A stretch of 63,321 nucleotides of DNA. It comes from an uncultured Clostridia bacterium (GTDB lineage Bacteria; Bacillota; Clostridia; Christensenellales; UBA1242). The translations under genes were made by a program, and so were the position numbers. Below the pieces are notes generated by a model. The model saw nothing but the letters and a program-made list of their open reading frames with translations. It had not been told where the DNA came from and did no database searches. The stretch is taken from contig CALWOW010000035.1 of NCBI GenBank assembly GCA_944383295.1, positions 1-63,321 on the forward strand, written 5' to 3'. Shown here piece by piece: positions 1 through 10,749 of this stretch (positions are counted from its first letter, which is position 1; each line of letters begins with the position of its first letter).

Positions 1-750
<750 letters not shown>

Positions 751-801
751 TTTATTTGCCAAAATCTCTATAAATAGATATAATCGAATGTGGAGGTTTT
801 T

Positions 802-1311
802 ATGGCAGAAAACGTAAAAGAAAATGAAATCGACAAAAAAGTTAAAGGTAAAAATAAAGCAAAAGGTCACAAAACTAGGGTAGTTAAGGCAAAAAAGATA
901 GAAGCTAAAACACCTAAAGAAAGTGCTAAACTTGATTCAACCACTAATGAACAAACAGAACAAAAATTGCAAGATTTTGATAAAGATATTAGTAAGGCAT
1001 ATATCAACAATAGTAGGCCAGTTATAGAATTGGTTGCGTGTCTATCTTATATACTATTTTTCTTGCCATTGATATTTTGCAAAAAGGAACCTTTTGCATT
1101 GTTTCATGCAAACCAATCTTTGATTTTGTGGATATTTGCTATAGTATTTTATTTGGCTTTTGCGTTTATTCCAAATGTAAACGTTGTTGCTCTACCGATA
1201 ATTGTTATTTTCCATATTTTAGGTATATTTTATGGAATGTACACATCAGCGCATGGTAAAGCAAAGACGTTACCTTTGATAGGTAAAATAACGATAATAA
1301 AATGGAATTGA
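802..1311 (+). CDS. Small membrane protein, DUF4870/Tic20-like
   Basis: GGAGG at 792-796 precedes ATG 802. Charged N-terminus, then three hydrophobic segments with the pattern LSYILFFLPL...FHANQSLIL...LPLIGKI. Confidence 0.65.
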   Translation: MAENVKENEIDKKVKGKNKAKGHKTRVVKAKKIEAKTPKESAKLDSTTNEQTEQKLQDFDKDISKAYINNSRPVIELVACLSYILFFLPLIFCKKEPFALFHANQSLILWIFAIVFYLAFAFIPNVNVVALPIIVIFHILGIFYGMYTSAHGKAKTLPLIGKITIIKWN

Positions 1312-1319
1312 TAATTAAT

Positions 1320-1356
1320 AGGCAAGGGGATAGAATTTCCTCTTGTCTTATTTTTT
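1320..1356 (+). terminator. Intrinsic terminator
   Basis: Stem AGGCAAGGGGA/TCCTCTTGTCT (two G-U pairs) followed by a T-tract. Confidence 0.7.
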
Positions 1357-1537
1357 AGGTTTTAAGCACAAAACTATTCGTAAAATTGAATGCATAGTAC
1401 TATGCGTAGCATTATTTTAATATAAAAACTTTTTAAATAACAAAAGCCTATTTTTTATTTTTATGCAAAATTTACCAGTAATTTACTGTTTATAAATATA
1501 TTTTATTTATAAATATTCAAAATGTTTGTTTATTTGT

Positions 1538-1566
1538 TTGACTTTAATGGTTAAAATATTTATAAT
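1538..1566 (+). promoter_or_regulatory. SigA-type promoter of ftsAZ
   Basis: TTGACT-17 bp-TATAAT upstream of ftsA. Confidence 0.65.
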
Positions 1567-1611
1567 TATTCTAATTAAGGCTAGTTATAAAAAATAAAAG
1601 GGGGTTTCGTA

Positions 1612-2775
1612 GTGTCAAAAAGGAATGTCGCCGTTCTTGATTTCGGTTCGAATCATATTTCTGTTATGATTGGCGATAAAGGCGTAAATGGGACTTTTGA
1701 TGTGCGTGGTTTTGCGCAGAGTTCTTATTCTGGTTTCATGAATGGAGAGATTTTGGAACCTGAATTACTAAGCGAAGTTTTATGCCAGACTATCTTAAAT
1801 GCAGAGTCGAATGCACGTGCAAAAATCACACATTTATATGTCGGAGTCCCTGCAGAATTTAGTATTGCAGAAGTTAGGACAAAGTGTTTGAATTTTGGAA
1901 GAAAAAAACGCATAACGGAAAGAGAGATTGACCAAGTCTTTGCTGATGCTGATGAGTTTAGTAGTAGTCCAACTCATTTAGTCATAAATCGAAGCCCTAT
2001 ATGTTTTGAACTTGATACGGGTGAACGTTTAATTGATGCAAAAGGAAGGACAAGTACTACACTTTGCGCCACTTTGAGTTTTATGCTTTGTGAACGTAAT
2101 TTTGTAGGTATGATTTCGCAAGCAATACATGATTTGCATATACCAAATGTTGAATTTATTTCGGAAACCTTAGCAGAAAGCATGCTTTTGCTACAACCAG
2201 AGCAAAGGGACCAATGTGCTATTTTGGTTGATTGTGGATATTTGAGTACTAGCGTAAATGTAGTTGTAGGTGATGGGATTGTGCATATGCGTAGTTTTTC
2301 GTTAGGTGGTGGGCACATCGTCGCTGATTTGGCGGAAATGCTAAATATTCCTTTTGCAGTTGCCGAAAAAGTAAAGAGGGCAATGACACTTACTGGCAAG
2401 CCAAGTGAAAACGACAAGATTAGTATAGAGTATAACGGAAACGAATATTCGGTTGATGCTTTGAGTGTCTATGAAATAATTTTACGCAAAGTTCGTCAAA
2501 TTGCAAAAATGATTAGCAAAAGTTTAGAAGATTGTGAATACGAAAGACCTGATTTTATTCCTATCAATCTCACAGGTGGTGGGGTAAGTTATATCAAGGG
2601 GGTTACCGAGGCAATGCGTGAGGTATTAGGCAAAGAGGTAAAGATTGTTGCACCTGATGACCCTCAAATTTCAGAACCTACTCAAAGTGCGATTTTAGGG
2701 TTGCTTGATTTGGCTTTAAGTCAAAACCGTGCGGAAGGCTCGATTTTGATAAAAATATTTAAAAAGCATTTTTAA
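1612..2775 (+). CDS. ftsA: Cell division protein FtsA
   Basis: Actin-like motifs LDFGS, LVDCG, LGGGHI and LTGGG, a C-terminal amphipathic helix (ILIKIFKKHF), and position directly upstream of ftsZ. Confidence 0.9.
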   Translation: MSKRNVAVLDFGSNHISVMIGDKGVNGTFDVRGFAQSSYSGFMNGEILEPELLSEVLCQTILNAESNARAKITHLYVGVPAEFSIAEVRTKCLNFGRKKRITEREIDQVFADADEFSSSPTHLVINRSPICFELDTGERLIDAKGRTSTTLCATLSFMLCERNFVGMISQAIHDLHIPNVEFISETLAESMLLLQPEQRDQCAILVDCGYLSTSVNVVVGDGIVHMRSFSLGGGHIVADLAEMLNIPFAVAEKVKRAMTLTGKPSENDKISIEYNGNEYSVDALSVYEIILRKVRQIAKMISKSLEDCEYERPDFIPINLTGGGVSYIKGVTEAMREVLGKEVKIVAPDDPQISEPTQSAILGLLDLALSQNRAEGSILIKIFKKHF

Positions 2776-2796
2776 AACAAAATTCGGAGGAAACTT

Positions 2797-4023
2797 ATGG
2801 AAACTTATAATAGATACGGAATGGCACAAAACAATGTCAGTCCAGTGGTAAAAATTAAAGTTATTGGTGTAGGCGGTGGTGGAAGTAACGCTGTTGACCG
2901 TATGATTGATGCTGGTGTTAGCGGTGTTGAATTTATCGCTGTAAACACAGATAAACAAGCTTTGCAAATTAGTAAGGCAGATTACCGAATTCAAATCGGT
3001 GCAAAATTAACTCGTGGTTGGGGCGCTGGTGCTGACCCTGAAATAGGTTATCAAGCAGCAGAAGAAAACTTTGAAGAACTTAATCAAGCAGTTAGTGATG
3101 CTGATTTGGTGTTTATTACTGCTGGTATGGGTGGTGGAACTGGTACTGGTGCTGCTCCTATGATTGCAGGGCTTACAAGAGAAAAAGAGATTTTGACTAT
3201 TGCCGTTGTTACTAAACCTTTCAATTTTGAAGGTAGAAGACGTATGGAAAACGCAGAGAAGGGTTTAAAAGCTCTTCGTGAAGTAGTTGATTCTTTAGTT
3301 ATTATACCAAACGAGAAATTATTTAAACTTGTTCCAAAAGGAACTTCAATTGTTGAGACTTTCCGTTATGCTGATGATGTTTTGAGACAAGGTGTGCAGG
3401 GTATTTCAAACTTGATTATTGAAAACTCTCTTATCAATTTGGACTTTGCTGACGTACGTACTACCATGAAAAATCGTGGGCTTGCTCACATGGGTATCGG
3501 TAGAGCAAAAGGTGAAAGACGTATTTTTGAAGCATTGTCTCAAGCAGTTTCAAGTCCATTGCTAGAAACAACTATAGAAGGAGCAACTGGAATTATCTTT
3601 AATGTTAAAGGTGGTTCAAGTTTACCTATAGACCAAGTTCACGAAGCGGCAGATTTGATGCGTGAAATTGTTGACCCTAATTGTAACATTATTTTCGGTG
3701 CAAGTATTGACGAGTCTTTGGAAGATACTGTAGAAATAACTGTAATTGCTACAGGTTTTCAAGGTGGACCAAGTTTGATTGAAAAAGATGATTACGTTGC
3801 TGATGCAAATGATAACGTTTCACAACAAAAATACGCAGAATTTTTAGCAAATCGTATTGAAAGTGGTAAAGTATCTGCTGATAATTTAGGCGAAGAAGAA
3901 AAAGAATTAGTTGGCGATTTTAAACAATCTCAAAATCAAACACAAAACAAGACTAGCAGAATCGCTGTTGATTTTGATGAATCTGACATTCCACCATTTT
4001 TAAGAAAATTAAAAGGTAAATAA
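2797..4023 (+). CDS. ftsZ: Cell division protein FtsZ
   Basis: IKVIGVGGGGSNAV, tubulin signature GMGGGTGTG, INLDFADV and C-terminal DIPPFLRK. Confidence 0.99.
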   Translation: METYNRYGMAQNNVSPVVKIKVIGVGGGGSNAVDRMIDAGVSGVEFIAVNTDKQALQISKADYRIQIGAKLTRGWGAGADPEIGYQAAEENFEELNQAVSDADLVFITAGMGGGTGTGAAPMIAGLTREKEILTIAVVTKPFNFEGRRRMENAEKGLKALREVVDSLVIIPNEKLFKLVPKGTSIVETFRYADDVLRQGVQGISNLIIENSLINLDFADVRTTMKNRGLAHMGIGRAKGERRIFEALSQAVSSPLLETTIEGATGIIFNVKGGSSLPIDQVHEAADLMREIVDPNCNIIFGASIDESLEDTVEITVIATGFQGGPSLIEKDDYVADANDNVSQQKYAEFLANRIESGKVSADNLGEEEKELVGDFKQSQNQTQNKTSRIAVDFDESDIPPFLRKLKGK

Positions 4024-4051
4024 AATTTATATTTGTTTTAAAAATGCTTAT

Positions 4052-4084
4052 AATAAAGATGCAAAACTTTTTGCGTCTTTATTT
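4052..4084 (+). terminator. Intrinsic terminator of ftsAZ
   Basis: AATAAAGATGCAAAA / TTTTGCGTCTTTATT hairpin followed by T-rich sequence. Confidence 0.75.
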
Positions 4085-4108
4085 TATTTAAAAAGGTGTC
4101 GCATTTTG

Positions 4109-4138
4109 TTGACTTTTGTCGCAAATATTTACTATAAT
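4109..4138 (+). promoter_or_regulatory. SigA-type promoter
   Basis: TTGACT-18 bp-TATAAT upstream of the gene at 4169. Confidence 0.55.
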
Positions 4139-4168
4139 TTTATATAGTAAAGAGAATAGGAGAACGTT

Positions 4169-5782
4169 ATGAAAAAGTCGTGGTTTATCATGGCGCCTTT
4201 TGTACTCGTTTTCGCATTTTTGTTTGTTGGTTGTGCTGATGACTCAATGTCGGAAATGGATGCAAAATTGAGTTTTAACTGCGCTTCTGAAATAGTTATG
4301 AAGTATGGCACGTATTTAGATGAACCAGCATATGCTCCATTGATAACTAATATTGACATTAATGATTTGAGTGTAGATTATAATGAGAATATTATCAATT
4401 ATGATATTGAAACAGGTATGATTACCGCTAATAGTAGTGGGGAAACGACATTAATTGTTAAATCGGGTTTGAGAGTTGCGACCGTTAATGTAAATGTAGT
4501 AACTGCGAATTACTGTACAAATTTGACATTGTCTAAAAAGTATGTTGTAAAGTTAAATCAAGGTGCTTGTGAAAAAATTACGCCAGAAGTAAATCAAAAC
4601 TATAATATGGGCTTTGAGTTTAAATCTTATGACCCAACAGTTGCCACCATTGATGAGAATGGGGTTATTACTCCTTTACAAAAAGGTACAGCAATAATTG
4701 AAGTTGTTGCTAAAAATGGGATCAATGAATTAGGTTATACTTATATTTATAAAACTGCTACGGTTGTAGTAGAAGATGTTGCAACTGAATTTAATATTGA
4801 AATTTTAGATAAAGACTTAAATCCTTTGGAGTTAATAAAAGCAGAACAAGGATTTGATTATTATGAGTTGTATAGTGGTGATAATGCCCCCTTGTATGTT
4901 TTAAAATATAGTAGTGATATCAGTTTAAAAGACAAGTATTTAAAAATATTCAACAACAATTTAACTCAAAATAATTCTGGTGAAAATAGTAGGTTGTTTA
5001 CATACGATGTGGGCGAAGCAGGATACCAAATACAGAGTTCAAATGAAGATGGTACTGTTTGGTACAAGCCCTTTTATGCGGTCGATAGCGGTATAGACTT
5101 TTTACAAGAAATTTTAGTTGATGTTGCTTTAAACTATGACAATTCTATTCGTTCAAATTTAATAAAGATAAAAGTTTATAAAAGCACTACAACTTTTAAT
5201 GTCACTCCATACTATGACGAAAAATTAACGGAACCGATAAATAATACACCTAATGAAAATATAGAATTAGTTTTTACTAATAATCAAGCATTAGTGTATT
5301 TTGATATAAAAGTAAATGAATATGCTAATACAGATTTTTATTTTTCAGATTTAGAAAATGTTGAAATAACAAGAAATACGGACAATTTAGTTACTGTTAA
5401 GTTTTTAAATACAGGTAACTATGCTATAGTTTTCGTTCCAAAAGATAATTTAGATTTAATAAAAATATTTAATTTTGCAGTTTTTGAAAAAGAGTACTGT
5501 AATGAGATAGTTGTAGCACAAACTAAATTAGTGCTTTCTAAAAATGAATACCAATGTGTAGATTTTTCGGTTTATAATAGTGCAGGTGAGATTGAGCAAG
5601 AAAACGGTGGAGTGATTGCTGTTGCTTATGATATAAATGGTCAACTGGTTACAGACACTTTCGAGTTTAAATTAATCTTTGACAATATCTATATTAAAGC
5701 ACTTAAATCTGGTGAATATAACGTTGTACTTTATAATCAACTTATAGATAATTTTGCAATAATTTCGATAATTGTAAATTAA
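4169..5782 (+). CDS. Lipoprotein with Ig-like (Big_2-type) domains, 537 aa
   Basis: Signal peptide with lipobox FVG-C22 and the Big_2-like motif FKSYDPTVATIDENGVITPLQKGTAIIEV; beta-rich throughout. Confidence 0.7.
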   Translation: MKKSWFIMAPFVLVFAFLFVGCADDSMSEMDAKLSFNCASEIVMKYGTYLDEPAYAPLITNIDINDLSVDYNENIINYDIETGMITANSSGETTLIVKSGLRVATVNVNVVTANYCTNLTLSKKYVVKLNQGACEKITPEVNQNYNMGFEFKSYDPTVATIDENGVITPLQKGTAIIEVVAKNGINELGYTYIYKTATVVVEDVATEFNIEILDKDLNPLELIKAEQGFDYYELYSGDNAPLYVLKYSSDISLKDKYLKIFNNNLTQNNSGENSRLFTYDVGEAGYQIQSSNEDGTVWYKPFYAVDSGIDFLQEILVDVALNYDNSIRSNLIKIKVYKSTTTFNVTPYYDEKLTEPINNTPNENIELVFTNNQALVYFDIKVNEYANTDFYFSDLENVEITRNTDNLVTVKFLNTGNYAIVFVPKDNLDLIKIFNFAVFEKEYCNEIVVAQTKLVLSKNEYQCVDFSVYNSAGEIEQENGGVIAVAYDINGQLVTDTFEFKLIFDNIYIKALKSGEYNVVLYNQLIDNFAIISIIVN

Positions 5783-5804
5783 AAGAGATTGTAACCAAAA
5801 TGTT

Positions 5805-5834
5805 TTGACAAAAGTTATGATTTTCTTATATAAT
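5805..5834 (+). promoter_or_regulatory. SigA-type promoter
   Basis: TTGACA-18 bp-TATAAT upstream of the gene at 5882. Confidence 0.55.
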
Positions 5835-5881
5835 TTAATTTAAGAGTTATAATAACTTTAACGATAAAATAGGAGATAAAA

Positions 5882-8800
5882 ATGGCTAAAACAGGTTTTT
5901 TAAATGCATTAACCATAATCGGCTACGTATTTGTTGGCTTGTTTACTTTTATGGCTATATATTTGGGTATCGCATATGCGACAGGTTATTTTAATCCTCA
6001 AAAAGAACCTGTTGTTGGCTTGAAATTTGCGGACCCTAGCAATGTTGTCATTAGTGAAAATGGTGGTACTTATACTTTAAAAATAGTAAGTAGTAATGCT
6101 ACTATTGAAACGGATGAAAATGGCAATACAACCATTACAGATACGGCAACGCCAACTGATGTAAGACTAACAGTTAGAAATTCTGCAGGATTAATAGATA
6201 ATTCTATCATTTCCGTGCCCGAAATTGTAAAGACTGGTGAAGAATTTGTAATTCAAGCATTGATAGATGAAACAGATGGTTATGATTGTAATGTTGGCGG
6301 AGATTGTTATATAAATGCGGAAACTGTAGATGGTATGTATAAGTCATATGCTTTAGCGGTTTTTGTAGATGTACCAATAAAAGAAATTCAAATCACTGCG
6401 AAAAACCCATTGACAAATGAGCCTGTTGATTTAAGTACTGCAAATTTTATCTACGATGACAAAGTGCAGTTGGTGGCGAATGTTTTACCAAGCCGTGCAT
6501 TAAATCCTCATACCGCTGATGTCGATGCACAAAACAAGATAATAGAATTTTCACCAGGTGATGCTTCAAGAACAATGATTGAAGATAGATACAATGGTTT
6601 GGTAAAGATTACATATAACCCAAGCAATGTAGGTGATGAACCTGTAACAGAAGCATTAGAAGCTGTGGTAACCGCTACAACGCAATCGGTTTACGATACT
6701 GATTTTGCAGAGCCTATTACACAAGATTGCACAATTAGGTTATTCCCAATACAATTAGAAGAAATCTTAATTCAAAATAAAGAGTATGCGGATACTGGTA
6801 AAGCATTTGAAACTACCTTGTTATTTAATGATGATACCAACGGTATTAAATTTTCAGCAGTTGAAACAGGTTTGCCAGATGTAATTAATTTGGATATATT
6901 TTTAAAACCTACAATTTACAATCCTGATAACAATGCAGACCCTCTTGCATTACAATTAAATAATCTTACAGTCACATACGAAACGACAATAGGTAATGAA
7001 TTTGGACAACCTATTGATATTATAAGGGAAACAGTGAAAGTTAATAATGTTGACATTCCTGTTTGGACTATAAAGCCGTTGAGAACTTTGGAGCCAAATG
7101 AGGAAGTAAATATTATCTTCAATGTTGTTGGGCATAGTGAAACCAAAGCAATACGTCGTTTAGTTGATGTAAAATACAACATACCAGAAAATTTTGTCTT
7201 TACCGATGCAAATGGTGCAGTTATTGAAAATAATGTTGTAAATATGACTATAACAAAAGGTGTTCAAACTCCACAATACGATGAACAACAAATTTATTAT
7301 AATTATGATAAAACAACAACACCTACATTTTCAAAATTTGTATTTTTTGTAAATAATGATAAAAAGACAAATGAAACAGGTAGCTTAATTATAAATGTAA
7401 ATGATGCTGGACAGGTGGTTTTGCGTAACGGTATAGATACGTTAAACGCTCGTGGAGCGGGTACAATTCAAGTTACACCTTATGTTGTTCGTACAAATGC
7501 TGATGGCGTTCCTGTTGACTGTTTTTATAACGAACTAACCGAAGGAACAGCTTATAGTTATGTGTTCTATGATGATAGAATACCATTTACTCAAGCTGAT
7601 GCAAACAAATATGTTGTTTACAAATCTTACTCACCTTTGACAGTAAATGTTAAGGAAAATTTAACGAATTTTACAATATTTTCAAGTTTTGTAGATGGCG
7701 AATTTTCAAATGAATTAAATTCAAACACAAACACACAAAACAATCCTTTGGTCATAGGTACGAAAATATTTAACTCAAAGCGTATTTATGCAGTACCAAA
7801 TTCTGCTCTCTCAATACCTGCAGAGATGTCTGCTTATGCAGATTGGAAGGAAGAAAATGGAGATATTTTGTTTAATGTACAATATTCCAAAGGCGAAGGA
7901 TTGATTGTTCCAAGTAGTAATAATACAACTAATTTTGGCTTTGGTTATGTGGGTGATAGCCCAGAAACATATCAAAGATATATGTGGTTTGATGTATATA
8001 CAACAGGCGATGAAGAAATATTAGGTGCTGTTACTTTGTACAATAGTTTTGAAGTTTCTTTATCACAACTAATTCACATCAACGCTCAAAATGTACCTAT
8101 TGCAAATATTGCAATCAATCAAGAAGGTACTGCTATTTCGGATGGTTACGGCGCTTACGGAAATATAAAATATTGGCAATTAGATTTGCATATTTCACAA
8201 AATACTCATACTTATCTTAATAAAAATTATTTAAGAGTAAATTGGACACAACAGATTGGCGGTAAAGATTCTCAAATTGTATTACCAGAGCCAATAGTAA
8301 CAGCAAGTGATGAATGGCAAGCTCGTGGTTGTAAACCAAGTGAAATTAACTATTCTGTTGATTTTTATGCGTTTGATATATCTTTAAGATACAATTTAAG
8401 TGAAATTGATGAAAATTTGCAAAATTTGAGCATACTTGATGTGTTGAACTATCAAACTGATACATCAACAGAAACAGGCCAAGCTATATTTGATAAAAAA
8501 TGGGAAATTATAAATTCACTATTAAGTAGTAATCAATACAAAAATAAACATGCAAAAGTAGAAAATCTTGTAATAAGTGGTGTTGATACAAGTAGGATAT
8601 CCACTATTCAATTTATGGAAGCTTTAGGTGAAAATCAGGCTCTATTTATGGTTTATTCAGTAACTGATTCAAACAGTGATGCTTTACCTGATTTTGTACG
8701 AATTGATTATAGATATCCAACAGTTAAATTTTTAGATAATTCGTTTGTTTATGGTCAAAGTGATGAGGAAACAGGTGCAAATCTGTTAGAAAATGGAGGC

Positions 8801-9328
8801 TTATACAATAATACATTCTATTATTACACTGCAACCTTTAAAAATGCGGTAGCTTATGATTTATCTAAATATAATTTTACAGAAGATTCATATAATTTCA
8901 GTGATAATACTGTAGCAGAAGGATTTAGTTTAATAAGGACAGATGAAAGCAATGCTTTATATTATGGTAATGATGGTGTAATTGTCGCTGATAGTTCGGA
9001 AAAGAAATTCTTTAACTTTGTTACTACAAGTACAATACCTGAAATGCCAGAAATGAGTGGTGATTACTATTCGATTTCTTTGAAAAATGAATCATATCAA
9101 ATCATCGAAACAGGTGAGGAAAGTGCTGATACCGAATTTGTTATAGTTGTAAACCGTACAGTTAATGTAGTAAGTGATGTGATTTGGACAGATGATTTGT
9201 GGGAAAGTGACTTAACTTCTGTCACAGACTTGGGATTGTATTTTAACTATACAAAAACTTATAGCGAAACTTATAATATTAACTTTATTGTAAAAAATGG
9301 TTATATAGACACTGTAAGTGCTAGTTAA
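5882..9328 (+). CDS. Large surface protein with N-terminal membrane anchor and probable Ig-like repeats, 1148 aa
   Basis: One N-terminal hydrophobic segment (residues about 7-31), then an acidic Thr/Asn/Val-rich beta-type sequence with Big_2-like segments (EIQIT...VQLVANVLP; GAGTIQVTP). Confidence 0.6.
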   Translation: MAKTGFLNALTIIGYVFVGLFTFMAIYLGIAYATGYFNPQKEPVVGLKFADPSNVVISENGGTYTLKIVSSNATIETDENGNTTITDTATPTDVRLTVRNSAGLIDNSIISVPEIVKTGEEFVIQALIDETDGYDCNVGGDCYINAETVDGMYKSYALAVFVDVPIKEIQITAKNPLTNEPVDLSTANFIYDDKVQLVANVLPSRALNPHTADVDAQNKIIEFSPGDASRTMIEDRYNGLVKITYNPSNVGDEPVTEALEAVVTATTQSVYDTDFAEPITQDCTIRLFPIQLEEILIQNKEYADTGKAFETTLLFNDDTNGIKFSAVETGLPDVINLDIFLKPTIYNPDNNADPLALQLNNLTVTYETTIGNEFGQPIDIIRETVKVNNVDIPVWTIKPLRTLEPNEEVNIIFNVVGHSETKAIRRLVDVKYNIPENFVFTDANGAVIENNVVNMTITKGVQTPQYDEQQIYYNYDKTTTPTFSKFVFFVNNDKKTNETGSLIINVNDAGQVVLRNGIDTLNARGAGTIQVTPYVVRTNADGVPVDCFYNELTEGTAYSYVFYDDRIPFTQADANKYVVYKSYSPLTVNVKENLTNFTIFSSFVDGEFSNELNSNTNTQNNPLVIGTKIFNSKRIYAVPNSALSIPAEMSAYADWKEENGDILFNVQYSKGEGLIVPSSNNTTNFGFGYVGDSPETYQRYMWFDVYTTGDEEILGAVTLYNSFEVSLSQLIHINAQNVPIANIAINQEGTAISDGYGAYGNIKYWQLDLHISQNTHTYLNKNYLRVNWTQQIGGKDSQIVLPEPIVTASDEWQARGCKPSEINYSVDFYAFDISLRYNLSEIDENLQNLSILDVLNYQTDTSTETGQAIFDKKWEIINSLLSSNQYKNKHAKVENLVISGVDTSRISTIQFMEALGENQALFMVYSVTDSNSDALPDFVRIDYRYPTVKFLDNSFVYGQSDEETGANLLENGGLYNNTFYYYTATFKNAVAYDLSKYNFTEDSYNFSDNTVAEGFSLIRTDESNALYYGNDGVIVADSSEKKFFNFVTTSTIPEMPEMSGDYYSISLKNESYQIIETGEESADTEFVIVVNRTVNVVSDVIWTDDLWESDLTSVTDLGLYFNYTKTYSETYNINFIVKNGYIDTVSAS

Positions 9329-9342
9329 TTAGGAGCATAAAA

Positions 9343-10737
9343 TTGGTCGAAAAACAGAGAGTGAAATCAAAACAAAAAGAGCAAAGTGATGCTAAAATAT
9401 TAGCAAAAGATTTAAAGCGTGAAGCAAAAGAACGTGCTCAAGTTGCGGAAAAAGCAAAGCGGTTAGAAGCGAGATATATTAGAGAAAATTGGTTTAAGTT
9501 AGATAATGCTGCTCTTATATATCCTGCAATAGGTTCAACAGAGTGGAACTCTGTTTTTCGTATTTCTGCTATAATTAAAGACAAAGTCGATGCTGTAAAA
9601 TTGCAAACCGCTCTTGATGATACTTTAAAACGCTATCCATTCTTTAATGTTTCTTTATGTGATGGATTGTTTTGGCACTATTTTCAAATATTAGCGACAA
9701 AGCCTAAAATAGAACCTGAAGTAGAATACCCTTGCAGACCTTTCGAGTTTTCAAGAACTAGTCAAATTTTTAGGGTGTTGTATTATGATAATAAAATATC
9801 TTTTGAAACTTTTCATTCGCTAACAGATGGTAATGGTGCAATTAGGTTTTTTAATACACTATTAGTGCGTTATTTTGAATTAAATGGGTTAGTATTTGAT
9901 GACCTAAACAAATTCGATTTAAACGTGCGTGATTTACCTGTTATGGAAGAAATGGAAGATGCTTTCAAAAGATATGCAGAAAAAGGGAAGACAAAGCCAC
10001 GAAGCGAAAGCGTGGCTTTTGCTGTTAAAGGCCCGTTGGAATCATTACAAGTTTTAAAGGTTGTAACAGGAATAGTTGATGTAGATAAGTTAAAAGCACT
10101 TTCGAAAAGTTATGATGCTACAATAAATGAGTTTTTAAGTGCGGTTTATTTAAAAGTCTTGATAGAGGAAAAGAAACGTGACAACAAACAGTCAAAAAGG
10201 CCTGTTAAATTAAGCGTACCTGTAAATATGAGACGATTTTATCCATCGAAAACAATGCGAAATTTTGCGCAGTTTATTAATATTGAAATACCAGTTGATA
10301 AAGAAGATGGCACTTTTGCTTTTATCCTTGATTTAGTAAAAAATCAATCAAAAAATTTTAATAAAGATTACCTAAAACAAATAATTAATGCTAATGTAAA
10401 AAGTGAACGAAATTTCTTTGTCCGTATTATGCCTCTCGCAATTAAAGATGCTATGTTAAAATTAATTTACAATAGAGTTGGAGAAAGACAGTTTACTAGC
10501 ACGTTAACAAATTTAGGGATATGCGAACTTCCTGAAAAGATAAAAGATAAAATAATCAATTATCATGTTGTCCTAGGCGCTACAAAACTTAATCGTATTA
10601 ACTTGACAGCAATTTCATTTAATGGTAAATGTAGTTTGACGTTTACTACTAGATTGGTGGATATGCGATTGATTAGAGATTTTTTCACTAGACTTTCACA
10701 ACTAGGATTACAAGTCGATTTGATTTCGAATATTTAA
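9343..10737 (+). CDS. CoA-dependent acyltransferase (alcohol acetyltransferase / condensation-fold family)
   Basis: TTG start after AGGAG. WFKLDNAALIYPA N-terminal motif, catalytic HxxxDG (HSLTDG), SVPVNMRRFYPSKTMRNF and TNLG. Confidence 0.8.
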   Translation: MVEKQRVKSKQKEQSDAKILAKDLKREAKERAQVAEKAKRLEARYIRENWFKLDNAALIYPAIGSTEWNSVFRISAIIKDKVDAVKLQTALDDTLKRYPFFNVSLCDGLFWHYFQILATKPKIEPEVEYPCRPFEFSRTSQIFRVLYYDNKISFETFHSLTDGNGAIRFFNTLLVRYFELNGLVFDDLNKFDLNVRDLPVMEEMEDAFKRYAEKGKTKPRSESVAFAVKGPLESLQVLKVVTGIVDVDKLKALSKSYDATINEFLSAVYLKVLIEEKKRDNKQSKRPVKLSVPVNMRRFYPSKTMRNFAQFINIEIPVDKEDGTFAFILDLVKNQSKNFNKDYLKQIINANVKSERNFFVRIMPLAIKDAMLKLIYNRVGERQFTSTLTNLGICELPEKIKDKIINYHVVLGATKLNRINLTAISFNGKCSLTFTTRLVDMRLIRDFFTRLSQLGLQVDLISNI

Positions 10738-10749
10738 AGGGAGGACTGT

